From Aeropyrum pernix K1 (GTDB lineage Archaea; Thermoproteota; Thermoprotei_A; Sulfolobales; Acidilobaceae): a stretch of 32,000 nucleotides of DNA. The notes under the pieces were generated by a model, which made no database searches, was not told the origin of the DNA, and saw only the letters and a program-made list of their open reading frames with translations. How positions within the stretch are numbered: the first letter of the stretch is position 1; each line of letters opens with the position of its first letter. Made by a program: the position numbers and the translations under genes. Below, piece by piece: positions 23,038-31,104 of the stretch. The stretch covers positions 1,440,001-1,472,000 of the forward strand of contig NC_000854.2 of assembly GCF_000011125.1 (NCBI RefSeq). The letters are read 5' to 3'.

Positions 23038-24944
23038 TTTTTGCCCCCTACACCTGCTTCCCCTTTATCGCTTGTGCCGGAGAGACCGAGCTTTTCTTTT
23101 ATCCACTTGAGCTTGAGCTCGAGCCTCTTCCTCCTGTGACGCGGCGACGCGAGTATACTGTGGCCGTGGCTTCCCTTGGTGAACACCACTAGGAAGCTTT
23201 CCTTGCCGTTGACCTTAAGAGCTGTGTGCATTGCGAGCGCCTGGTCTATGAAGCAGCGGTAATCCTCCATACTGTGAATTAGCATTACTGGAGTATTCAC
23301 GTTCTTTGCGTGAAATGCGGGGCTCCTTTTAACGTACTCCTCGAGATTGTCCAGGGGAGTGCCGCCTATCTGGTCGGGGTCAAACCAGTAACCTATGTCT
23401 GCCGCCCAGAAGTCCGCTATCCAGTCGGCTATGCCATTCTCGCTCACAGCTGCTCTGAACCTGCTCGTCTTCGTTACGATGACGTTTGTCATGTAACCGC
23501 CGTAGCTTATGCCAGTCACCGCCATCTTACCCTCGTCAACATCGCTACCCTCCACAACAGCGTCCAGGAACTTCATTAGCTGTTTGTAGTCGGTATCCCC
23601 ATACCTGCCTCTTATGTCGGCGAACTCCTCTTCATACCCGTCGCTACCCCTGGGGTTGGCGTAGGCCACTGTGAAGCCCTCGGATGCGAAGAGCTGCATC
23701 TCGCCGTAGAATCCATAGCCGTACATGCCCTTAGGACCTCCGTGTATGAATAGTATTAGGGGCTTCCTCCCCTCACCCTCCGGCTCTATGTACCAGCCCT
23801 CGACAACCTCGCCCTCCGCCTCTACTTCGACCCTCCGGGGCTTGTACAGTCTGAACTCCTCGACAACCCAGCGGTTAATGCTTGACACCCTCTCAACATC
23901 CCCGCCCTTAAACCTGTACACCTCCGGGGGCTCCGTTGGTGAGGAGGCTATGTACACAACCTCCTCTCCATTGGAGTCTGCCTGAACAACTATCATATCC
24001 CCCCTAACTAGGTCCTCAACCCGTCCTTCCACGGCGGCTATAACGCTCCTGCCCCTGTCTGCATAGACTATCACAGGCTCTCCTCCGAGCCCCCCTGCTA
24101 TAGACCATATATTCCTATCCAGGATACCGCATGTTAGGCAGGAAGCCTTGCCCCGATCCTCGAGGAGGTACAGCTTACTGTGGCTTGCAAGCCCTATCTC
24201 TCGTTTATGCGCCAGCATAAAGAGCTTCCCATTTATGCAGCGCAGCTGTGAGACCGTCAGGCCCTCGAGGACAGTCTCCGGCTCCCCACCACTAATGGGT
24301 ACGCTCTTGACCACAGTGTCTAGGGGATCGGCCCATCTTCTCAGGGTGACGTAATAGATGCTGTTGCCGCAAGGCTCGGCGGTAAGAACACCCAGGTCCT
24401 CGCTGGTGAGCCTCGAGGTCCTCCCAGACTCGGCGTCAACCAGGTGTATCTGGTCGGCTAGCCCCGCTACTAGACCGCTACTATCAAACCATAGGGGGAG
24501 TCTATCTGTGGCCACATAGTCTCCATCCTTGTCACGTGTTTTCTCGTCGGCCACAGGAGCTACAACGTACACCTTTGTGGCACTAGCCCATCCGAGCTCG
24601 GATACCCCATGGGTGAACCATGCTACCCTCCTAGGCTCGCCTCCTCTCCCAACGATGTAGAGGCCAGACCCCTTCTCACCCTTGCCCGAGCCCCTCCTGC
24701 TCGCGAATGCGAGCTTCGAGGCATCCGGGCTCCATGAGGGCATAGAGTCGCCCTCGCCCTGGTAGTAGGACTCGCCCCCTCCGCGCCAGACAACTCTTAT
24801 CTCAGGCCGATTCTTATTGGCTCCCAAATCAGGTATAACGGCAGAAAACGCTATGTCGCCCTTGCTCGAAAGCCGTGGTGAGGAGAGCCTGGCTATGCTT
24901 AGGAGAGCATCAACATCGAAGCGCCTAACATTCTCAGGCAACAA
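23025..24944 (-). CDS. S9 family serine peptidase (acylaminoacyl-peptidase / prolyl oligopeptidase-like) with beta-propeller N-domain
   Basis: 639 aa. Nucleophile elbow [11 protein letters not shown], acid in IHSMEDYRC and His in KGSHGHS. TTG start at 24944. The 3' end overlaps the convergent gene by 13 nt. Confidence 0.85.
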   Translation of the reverse strand: MLPENVRRFDVDALLSIARLSSPRLSSKGDIAFSAVIPDLGANKNRPEIRVVWRGGGESYYQGEGDSMPSWSPDASKLAFASRRGSGKGEKGSGLYIVGRGGEPRRVAWFTHGVSELGWASATKVYVVAPVADEKTRDKDGDYVATDRLPLWFDSSGLVAGLADQIHLVDAESGRTSRLTSEDLGVLTAEPCGNSIYYVTLRRWADPLDTVVKSVPISGGEPETVLEGLTVSQLRCINGKLFMLAHKREIGLASHSKLYLLEDRGKASCLTCGILDRNIWSIAGGLGGEPVIVYADRGRSVIAAVEGRVEDLVRGDMIVVQADSNGEEVVYIASSPTEPPEVYRFKGGDVERVSSINRWVVEEFRLYKPRRVEVEAEGEVVEGWYIEPEGEGRKPLILFIHGGPKGMYGYGFYGEMQLFASEGFTVAYANPRGSDGYEEEFADIRGRYGDTDYKQLMKFLDAVVEGSDVDEGKMAVTGISYGGYMTNVIVTKTSRFRAAVSENGIADWIADFWAADIGYWFDPDQIGGTPLDNLEEYVKRSPAFHAKNVNTPVMLIHSMEDYRCFIDQALAMHTALKVNGKESFLVVFTKGSHGHSILASPRHRRKRLELKLKWIKEKLGLSGTSDKGEAGVGGKNHRL

Positions 24945-25024
24945 CCGGGCACCGGACTATAGACTAGGTGTGTTGAAGACTTAAAGCCTGGCTATAAAAC
25001 AATTATGGCTCATGAAGGGGGCTC

Positions 25025-25108
25025 AGGCCGGGGGCCCGCCCTGCCGCCGAAACCGGCCCGTAATCCTGCGGGCTCTTGGATGGGCGGCAGTTTCTGCCCC
25101 GGCCTACA
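25025..25108 (+). ncRNA. GC-rich three-helix hairpin with H/ACA-sRNA-like geometry (tentative)
   Basis: 9-bp lower stem 25025-25033/25097-25105. Internal loop of 7 nt (25034-25040) and 6 nt (25091-25096). 8-bp upper stem 25041-25048/25083-25090. Apical helix GCCCG/CGGGC (25056-25060/25069-25073). ACA at 25106-25108 leaves 15 nt between the upper stem and ACA. TATAAAA at 24993-24999 is ~26 nt upstream. I could not draw a clear K-turn. Confidence 0.3.
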
Positions 25109-25132
25109 CAATAGCGTTCAGAAGCCAGGTGT

Positions 25133-25867
25133 TCAACCCTTCTGGGGCGGCACGAGCCCACCCATGTCCTCTATCTCCTTAGACGCCTCCTCTATATCCT
25201 TGAAAGTGTCTATGCTCCTCCAGTAGAAAGGCGGTATTTCATACCTAGCCGCCACTAACTTTCCATCCGAGGCCAGCTGAGGGAATGTCGTCTTCTCAAT
25301 GTCGCCCTGCTGGGGGAGATACTTCACTATCTCCTTGCTGACGGCGTAGAGCCCCCCGTTTATCCAGTAGTCGTATATGAAGGGCTTCTCCCTGAACCCT
25401 GTGACATTGCCATCGTCGAGCTCTAGAATACCGTAGGGGCTCCTGAGGGGTACCGCGGCTATCCCGGCCACAGCCTCCCTCTCCCTTACAAGCCTGACCA
25501 GGGGGTCGGGGTCTATGTTGGTGACTATGTCCCCGTTGACTACTAGGACGAGGTTTTCCTTCTCAATTATGTGTCTAGCGTTCCAGAGGGCCCCGGCGGT
25601 GCCCAGCGGCTTATCCTCGACCACGTACGTTATCTTAACGCCGAACTTAGCCCCCGAACCCATCTCCTCTATAATCCTCTCCTTCAGGTAGCCGACGAGG
25701 AGGACGAACTCCTCAACGCCATAGTATCGGAGCCACTCTATCTGGTGGACTAGGACAGGCTTCCCAGCCACCTCAAGCAGGGGCTTGGGCTTATGCTCTG
25801 TGAGGGGCCTTAGCCTCTTACCATAGCCTCCGGCTAGAATCAGCGCCAGCACTCGTATCAGCCCCAA
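25133..25867 (-). CDS. Sugar-1-phosphate nucleotidyltransferase (NTP_transferase family)
   Basis: N-terminal signature LILAGGYGKRLRPLTEHKPKPLLEVAGKPVL, plus GTAGAL and VVNGD. 244 aa with no left-handed beta-helix tail. TTG start with TATAAGG ~28 nt upstream. Confidence 0.85.
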   Translation of the reverse strand: MGLIRVLALILAGGYGKRLRPLTEHKPKPLLEVAGKPVLVHQIEWLRYYGVEEFVLLVGYLKERIIEEMGSGAKFGVKITYVVEDKPLGTAGALWNARHIIEKENLVLVVNGDIVTNIDPDPLVRLVREREAVAGIAAVPLRSPYGILELDDGNVTGFREKPFIYDYWINGGLYAVSKEIVKYLPQQGDIEKTTFPQLASDGKLVAARYEIPPFYWRSIDTFKDIEEASKEIEDMGGLVPPQKG

Positions 25868-26016
25868 AAGACAGGTATAAGCGACTACCCTTATAGATTA
25901 GGCCTTATCAATCGCTGGGCGGGCTGGCTGCGAATCTGAGTGCACAGACCCTGCTGCCTACACTGGTGCTTTTGTGGATGCCGAGCGGGCGGTAAAAAAC
26001 TTCTTCACGAGGCTCT

Positions 26017-27603
26017 TTATCTGCGCGTGAGGAGGAAGAGGCCTATGCCGCCTAATACGATCACCGCTACAGCTGCTGCTATAACAGAGATCACTGGGCG
26101 GCCCGAATTATCTCTGTAACCGGATACACCCTTTTCGCCAGCTTCTTCTCCGCCCGTTGTTGTTTCTTCCCCGCCTCCTCCTGTCTTTGTTGTCTGCCTA
26201 GGGGTGGAAGTCTCCGTCTTCGGTTCTGTTGTCCCCGTGATACCCGTCTGTCCTGTCTCCGTTGCTGTGACCTCGCCTCCGCCGTCCGATGGCGCTTCTC
26301 CCCCGAGCGTCAATGATATTTTAACGGGCACAGTTTCTATATCAACGGCGTACTTCTCCTCGGAAGCGTCTTCGAAAGCTATAGCCACAACCTTAGCCTC
26401 TATATCCCCTTCTGATATCTCGCCTCTCAAGAGGCTCCTCTCAACTGCGCTCAGATCGGGCGAGTTGGAGGGGACTTTCCTTGTTAACTTCATAGTGTAG
26501 ACCCATTCACTCCAGTCCCCAGGATTAATGGGCTCCATCGAGATGACTCCCTCTATTGAACCAATGCCTCCAGGCAGGGTGAAGGACATCTCTTGCCTAT
26601 ATCCGTCTGCTAGATTGTCGTCGTATAGCGCTGATATGTCGGGGCCGATCATCGTGTTCACAGCCTGCGAGGTCGCGAACTCCCCTGAGACGAACACCTC
26701 GATGGCCAGGCCCACGTGGTGGGCTCCGCTTGAAACCCCGCTCACTTCAACGGAATAGCTAATCTCCACCATACCGTCCTCCGTCGTTATAGCCTCGATC
26801 TTTATGCCCTCTATCCTTGTTATCTCCACGCTCACGCTGGTGCTGTTGGTCTGTAGGAGTGAATAGAAGGGCTCGTCCTCACTGGGCTCCTCGGTTTCTG
26901 TATAGGTATCGGTGACGGGTATCCCCGTGTAGGTTGTAGTCCCGGTCTCCTCTCCGCCACCACCTACGCTGAAGTCCAACTGGTCTTCGATAGTCTGGAC
27001 GGGGCTCATTGTGGCGTCAAACACGCCTATAGCGAAGAAGCCATAAACGTCTAGGGTGTCGGCGTTTGAAAGAATCTCGTCTATACCGCTTGTAATTGTA
27101 GTGTCAAAAGTGAAGTTTAGAATGTAGGCGTTATCGGATGCCTCAGGCGTGGTGGCCATGAAAGTGTATGAGCCGCCTTCGAATTCTACCGTGGCCGCCG
27201 CCATCGTCTGCCTCCCAGCGCCCGGCATATACATGTCTGTTACACTGGCCTGGATGCTCGCCCATCCATCCTCACCTCTATACGCCTCTATCGTCAAGTC
27301 AAGAGTTACAAATATGAAGAGGTTCTCCCTCTCCTCCACGGGACCCGGCTCGGGTATAGAGCCTTCAGCTACTACTACTATCGTAAAATCGCCTGTGTTG
27401 GGATCGAGCTTTACAGAGACTCTCTTCACGTCCCCAGAACTCGCGTCCAATATGTTCTCGGTGGCGAAGTAGTTTACATCGCCAGTAGGGTCCTCGAACG
27501 ATAGCGAGGCAGGACTACCCACAGCTTCAAGGCTTGAGAGGGGGGCGAGTAGGATTATTGTCATTACACCGAGTAGTGCAACCAGCTTTAGAGATCCCTT
27601 CAA
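26017..27603 (-). CDS. Secreted acidic surface protein with Thr/Gly-rich stalk and C-terminal TM anchor
   Basis: 528 aa. Signal helix LVALLGVMTIILLAPLSSLEA. Acidic ectodomain with no motif I recognise. Stalk TATETGQTGITGTTEPKTETSTPRQTTKTGGGGEETTTGGEE, then a TM helix and the tail LTRR. TTG start at 27603 with TTTAAA at 27622-27627. Confidence 0.7.
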   Translation of the reverse strand: MKGSLKLVALLGVMTIILLAPLSSLEAVGSPASLSFEDPTGDVNYFATENILDASSGDVKRVSVKLDPNTGDFTIVVVAEGSIPEPGPVEERENLFIFVTLDLTIEAYRGEDGWASIQASVTDMYMPGAGRQTMAAATVEFEGGSYTFMATTPEASDNAYILNFTFDTTITSGIDEILSNADTLDVYGFFAIGVFDATMSPVQTIEDQLDFSVGGGGEETGTTTYTGIPVTDTYTETEEPSEDEPFYSLLQTNSTSVSVEITRIEGIKIEAITTEDGMVEISYSVEVSGVSSGAHHVGLAIEVFVSGEFATSQAVNTMIGPDISALYDDNLADGYRQEMSFTLPGGIGSIEGVISMEPINPGDWSEWVYTMKLTRKVPSNSPDLSAVERSLLRGEISEGDIEAKVVAIAFEDASEEKYAVDIETVPVKISLTLGGEAPSDGGGEVTATETGQTGITGTTEPKTETSTPRQTTKTGGGGEETTTGGEEAGEKGVSGYRDNSGRPVISVIAAAVAVIVLGGIGLFLLTRR

Positions 27604-27734
27604 ATCTGGTTCTCCGCAGCCTTTAAACGGCTACGCTGTAAGATGGCGCTAACACGCGTTAATATTTGTATATGCGTAGGAAATACATACTCCGTTAGAA
27701 TTACTGTTCTCAGTAACTACATCCTCCTTATGCT

Positions 27735-27753
27735 CTGCTAGAAGTTCTAGCAG
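27735..27753. repeat. Perfect 19-bp palindrome CTGCTAGAA-G-TTCTAGCAG
   Basis: Read directly. It is intergenic between the MBL gene stop (27895) and the surface-protein gene start (27603). Confidence 0.7.
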
Positions 27754-27894
27754 AACCGGGCGTTTACAAGGTAGGGTCCTGTACGTCACACTCAGCGATA
27801 GACTAAGAGTGGAAGGGGGAATTATGAAATGAGCAGATCATCCATGCAGGGCCGGAGAGGAGCCTTGCCCCCCATGAGCCCTGATCTTCATGCA

Positions 27895-28875
27895 TTAGGG
27901 CTGAGCTTCAGAACGTATTCCCAAGACCTTCTCTATGTATTTTGCGGTGAACCAGGCGTCGCTACCCCTGTAGGCGTCAACGATAACCCTCTTCGGCCGG
28001 GCTTCCCTGACGTAGTCTATGATCTCCCTGAATGTTGCATGGTCGCTGAAGGAAACGTTTATCATCCTATCTCCCGACCACGCGGCGGGGGCTCTCATCT
28101 CCCAGCCGGTCAGCCTGACGTGGACCCCGGGGAATCTCCGTATGCTGTTGAGCCTGGTCATGTGGAGGAACACTACTGCCGAATAGTCTATTGGGCCTCC
28201 GGTGTAGATCTCTACCTCTCCCAGGTCTACCCCGTAGAACTCGCTGGCTATGAGGGAGAGCCTGTAGGTCTTCTCGTCGGCCACGAAGGGGTAGTCCACG
28301 CCCCTTAGCCGTAGCTGCGCCATGACTTCCTGGAGTTTACCGTTGTATCCGTATATCCAGACCGGCCCTTCCCCCACGAACCTGTCTATTATTTCTATGA
28401 GGGCGGCTATGGCGTCCCACTCGCTCCACCTTCTCTGGAGTCTGGGGCTACCATACGTGGCGTCAACTACTAGGATGTCGAGGTCCTGGAGGGGTGGTGT
28501 ACCGGGCATTTTGAAGTCGCTCGTGTAGCCAAACCTGCCGTGGCCCGTCTCCACTAAGACTTGGGCGCTGCCTGCTATATGTCTCGCCTTGACTAGCGTT
28601 ACCCTTTCACCGTCGAAATCCAGCGAGGCTCCGTAGGGGAGTTCGACCCTCCTCTCGGGAGGTACCCTCTTCCCCAGTACCTCGAGGAATCTGAAGGTGT
28701 ATGGGGTGGCTATTATGAGAAGGCTCTCCCTCACGCTCCGCGAGAGCCCCTTCATGTGGTCTTCATGAGCATGTGTGACTATCCTAACGGGCCTTCTATG
28801 GTAGGCGTCGGCGGCGAAGCTGCAGCCTAGCAGTATTGCCCCCTTGCTGGTGACTCTGGCGCCGCAGCCTTCCAA
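27895..28875 (-). CDS. Metallo-beta-lactamase fold, short beta-CASP-like nuclease/hydrolase
   Basis: 326 aa. HxHxDH motif VTHAHEDHMKG, then ARHIAGS, YTSDF, VVDATYG and SFSDHATFREIIDYVREARPKRVIVDAYRG, which resembles the beta-CASP motif C region. TTG start at 28875. Confidence 0.75.
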   Translation of the reverse strand: MEGCGARVTSKGAILLGCSFAADAYHRRPVRIVTHAHEDHMKGLSRSVRESLLIIATPYTFRFLEVLGKRVPPERRVELPYGASLDFDGERVTLVKARHIAGSAQVLVETGHGRFGYTSDFKMPGTPPLQDLDILVVDATYGSPRLQRRWSEWDAIAALIEIIDRFVGEGPVWIYGYNGKLQEVMAQLRLRGVDYPFVADEKTYRLSLIASEFYGVDLGEVEIYTGGPIDYSAVVFLHMTRLNSIRRFPGVHVRLTGWEMRAPAAWSGDRMINVSFSDHATFREIIDYVREARPKRVIVDAYRGSDAWFTAKYIEKVLGIRSEAQP

Positions 28876-28930
28876 GCCCTATCCCAGAGTTTAGCGCTGG
28901 CAGCCGCCTCTCTTTACAGATAACCCCGCA

Positions 28931-30181
28931 TCACCCGGTGCTACCGTTTTTAAACCCGGAGTTCTCGGCTATCCTGGCGAACTCGCTGACTAGTATAGCC
29001 TCTATGTCCTCCAGGGACAGTTGACCCCTGTCACTAGCCTCCTCGAGAAGCCTTCTCAACGCGCCCCCCACCTTTTTTGTGTAGGAGTTGAGCGCGAGCT
29101 CCACGGCCTCGCGGGGGTCTACGCCGTTCCTAAGGCCGGCAAGCGTTCTCTCATACTCCCTCTCGGCGAGTATGGAGAGGGCCCTCATGACGGATCTCGA
29201 AGACTCTCTAGCCCTTCTCCTAGAGAGGGCATCCAGCAGGGCCTCCAGCTCCTCCTCTATTATCGCCTCGGCGGCAGGTATCCAACGCAGCCTCTCCTCC
29301 ATCATCCTCTTAGCCTCCTCCTCAACCTCGGGCATGTGGAAAACCCTGCCCGCCACCTTTGGGGTAACCGGCGGGTTTGAGATGTCTACTATAACCCTGG
29401 GGCTCACGCCCCTCTCAACCCTCCCCCTCTCCAGAATATTGGTAGAGCCTGCTATGGCGACGAAGAGGGCGTCTAATTCATTTATAAGCTTCGCCAGCTC
29501 GTCAAGCGGTAATACTAGGGACTCCACGCCCCTGCACTTGCCAGCGACCTCCCAACCCCTCTCAGGGGTCCTGTTAAACACCGCTACAACTCTCGGCCTC
29601 CACCTGGTGCACAATGCTCTGGCTATGCCTACGGCAGCCATGCCCGCCCCCACTATGCCAACTCTCGCCCCGTCAAGCCCACCTCCTAGGAGGCTGGCAG
29701 CTAGGGACACCGCCGCGCTGGAGTACCCCACTCCACCCGACGATATGGCCGACTCGCTTCTAACCCTGGCCCCAGTCTTGAGGGCCCTGTGGAACACCTC
29801 GTCGAGCAGAGGCGTGGTGAACCCCTTCTCCCTAGACTTAAGCCAGGCTCTGCGTACCTGCCCGAGGACCTCGTGATCCCCTATTATCTGGGACTCGAGG
29901 CCCGAGGCCACTCTGAAGAGGTGTCTGGCGGCATCGATACCTTGTAGCCTTACTAGGCCTTCTCCACCGGGGGAGGCTATGCTGGAGGCGAGGTCCTCCA
30001 CTAGCCTGGATGGGCTGTCTAGATAGACCTCGAACCTGTTGCACGTTGCTATTATGACGGTTCCTCTCGATGCATAACCTATAGTGTCTAGGTGTTTCTC
30101 CCACTCTTTCTCAAGCCTGGCCACGTGCTCCCTGGAGGCGGTTTTAACGTTTACCCCTATCATGGCGAGCCTGTCTATCAT
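28931..30181 (-). CDS. hemA: Glutamyl-tRNA reductase
   Basis: Active-site motif IIATCNRFEVY and NAD(P)-binding VGIVGAGMAAVGIARAL. The start overlaps the hemC stop (TAATG). Confidence 0.9.
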   Translation of the reverse strand: MIDRLAMIGVNVKTASREHVARLEKEWEKHLDTIGYASRGTVIIATCNRFEVYLDSPSRLVEDLASSIASPGGEGLVRLQGIDAARHLFRVASGLESQIIGDHEVLGQVRRAWLKSREKGFTTPLLDEVFHRALKTGARVRSESAISSGGVGYSSAAVSLAASLLGGGLDGARVGIVGAGMAAVGIARALCTRWRPRVVAVFNRTPERGWEVAGKCRGVESLVLPLDELAKLINELDALFVAIAGSTNILERGRVERGVSPRVIVDISNPPVTPKVAGRVFHMPEVEEEAKRMMEERLRWIPAAEAIIEEELEALLDALSRRRARESSRSVMRALSILAEREYERTLAGLRNGVDPREAVELALNSYTKKVGGALRRLLEEASDRGQLSLEDIEAILVSEFARIAENSGFKNGSTG

Positions 30182-31104
30182 TAAGAGCCACCTCCTGTCT
30201 TATGCCAGCCCTCCACAACCCGGGACAGCTCCTCTCCAAGACTGACGCCGATTCTCCTAGCCTCCTCGATCCTCCCCTCGGCTCTAGCCCAGTAGGCCCT
30301 GGATCCGTCGGGCGAGAGGGCGGCGGCTGTCACCCTAACCATGCTCCGGCCCAGCGGCTCGGCGTATGCGGCTACGGGGGTTCTACAGCCGGCCCTTGCC
30401 CCCTCAAGCACACCCCTCTCCGCCCAGGCCACATGCCACCACGGGGGCTTATCCAAATCTCGTAGCATCTTCTCAACGTTGCTTCCAACCCTGGCTACGA
30501 CGGCCACGAACCCCTGGCCGGGCGCTGGGGGGAAGTAGCTCGGGTCTAGGGGCGTGTACTCTACGTCGACGCCTAGCCTTATGAGACCCGCCTCCGAGGC
30601 AATTATTGCGTCGTAGAGGCCCTCCCTAAGCTTCCTCAGCCTCGTGTCTAGGTTGCCCCTGAGGTTCTCCACCCTGATCCTCGGGTTGTAGTGGAGGGAG
30701 AGAGCCCTTCTCCTCGCGCTGGATGTGCCTAAGGTGGAACCGGGCTCAAGGTCCTCGACCCTCCCAGGGCCTTGTCGTGATATGAGGGCGTCTCTGGCGG
30801 ACGGCCTGCTGGCTATGTAGACTATTTTGAGGGGGCCGCCGTAGCCGCTGGTCGGCATGTCCTTTAGGCTATGAACGGCAATGTCCGCAGCCCCCGACGC
30901 CACGGCCCTGTCGACCTCCCTCGTGAACACCCCCACGACTCCAATTGACTCCAGCGGCCTGTCGCTCCACACGTCGCCAGCGCTCTTCACCCTCACCACC
31001 TCCCAGTGCATCGAGACTCCCGCGTACCTGGAGAGTTCTTCCAGGGCCTGCTCTACCTGCAGGAGGCTGAGCCTACTCCCCCTCGCCGCCACCCTCACCC
31101 TCAA
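30181..31104 (-). CDS. hemC: Hydroxymethylbilane synthase (porphobilinogen deaminase)
   Basis: RVAARGSRLSLLQVE, AVHSLKDMPT, RGNLDTRLRKL, PAPGQG and the cofactor Cys in GCRTPVAAYA. The TTG start at 31104 overlaps the hemL stop (TTGA). Confidence 0.9.
   Translation of the reverse strand: MRVRVAARGSRLSLLQVEQALEELSRYAGVSMHWEVVRVKSAGDVWSDRPLESIGVVGVFTREVDRAVASGAADIAVHSLKDMPTSGYGGPLKIVYIASRPSARDALISRQGPGRVEDLEPGSTLGTSSARRRALSLHYNPRIRVENLRGNLDTRLRKLREGLYDAIIASEAGLIRLGVDVEYTPLDPSYFPPAPGQGFVAVVARVGSNVEKMLRDLDKPPWWHVAWAERGVLEGARAGCRTPVAAYAEPLGRSMVRVTAAALSPDGSRAYWARAEGRIEEARRIGVSLGEELSRVVEGWHKTGGGS

Noticed and set aside
25005-25226. 73-aa plus-strand ORF
   Set aside because: It is composed of the GC-rich hairpin element and the antisense strand of the nucleotidyltransferase 3' end. 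The Gly/Pro/Ser-rich translation is better explained as RNA or DNA structure.
27829-28308. 159-aa plus-strand ORF
   Set aside because: Most of it is antisense to the MBL/beta-CASP gene. It has no motifs or promoter logic.
29088-29876. 262-aa plus-strand ORF, along with 29021-29380, 29838-30104 and several 60-90-aa ORFs across 30202-31358
   Set aside because: These lie antisense or out of frame within hemA, hemC and hemL, which have unambiguous family motifs. The translations are Ser/Ala/Pro/Arg/Leu-rich low-complexity sequence, typical of shadow frames in GC-rich DNA.
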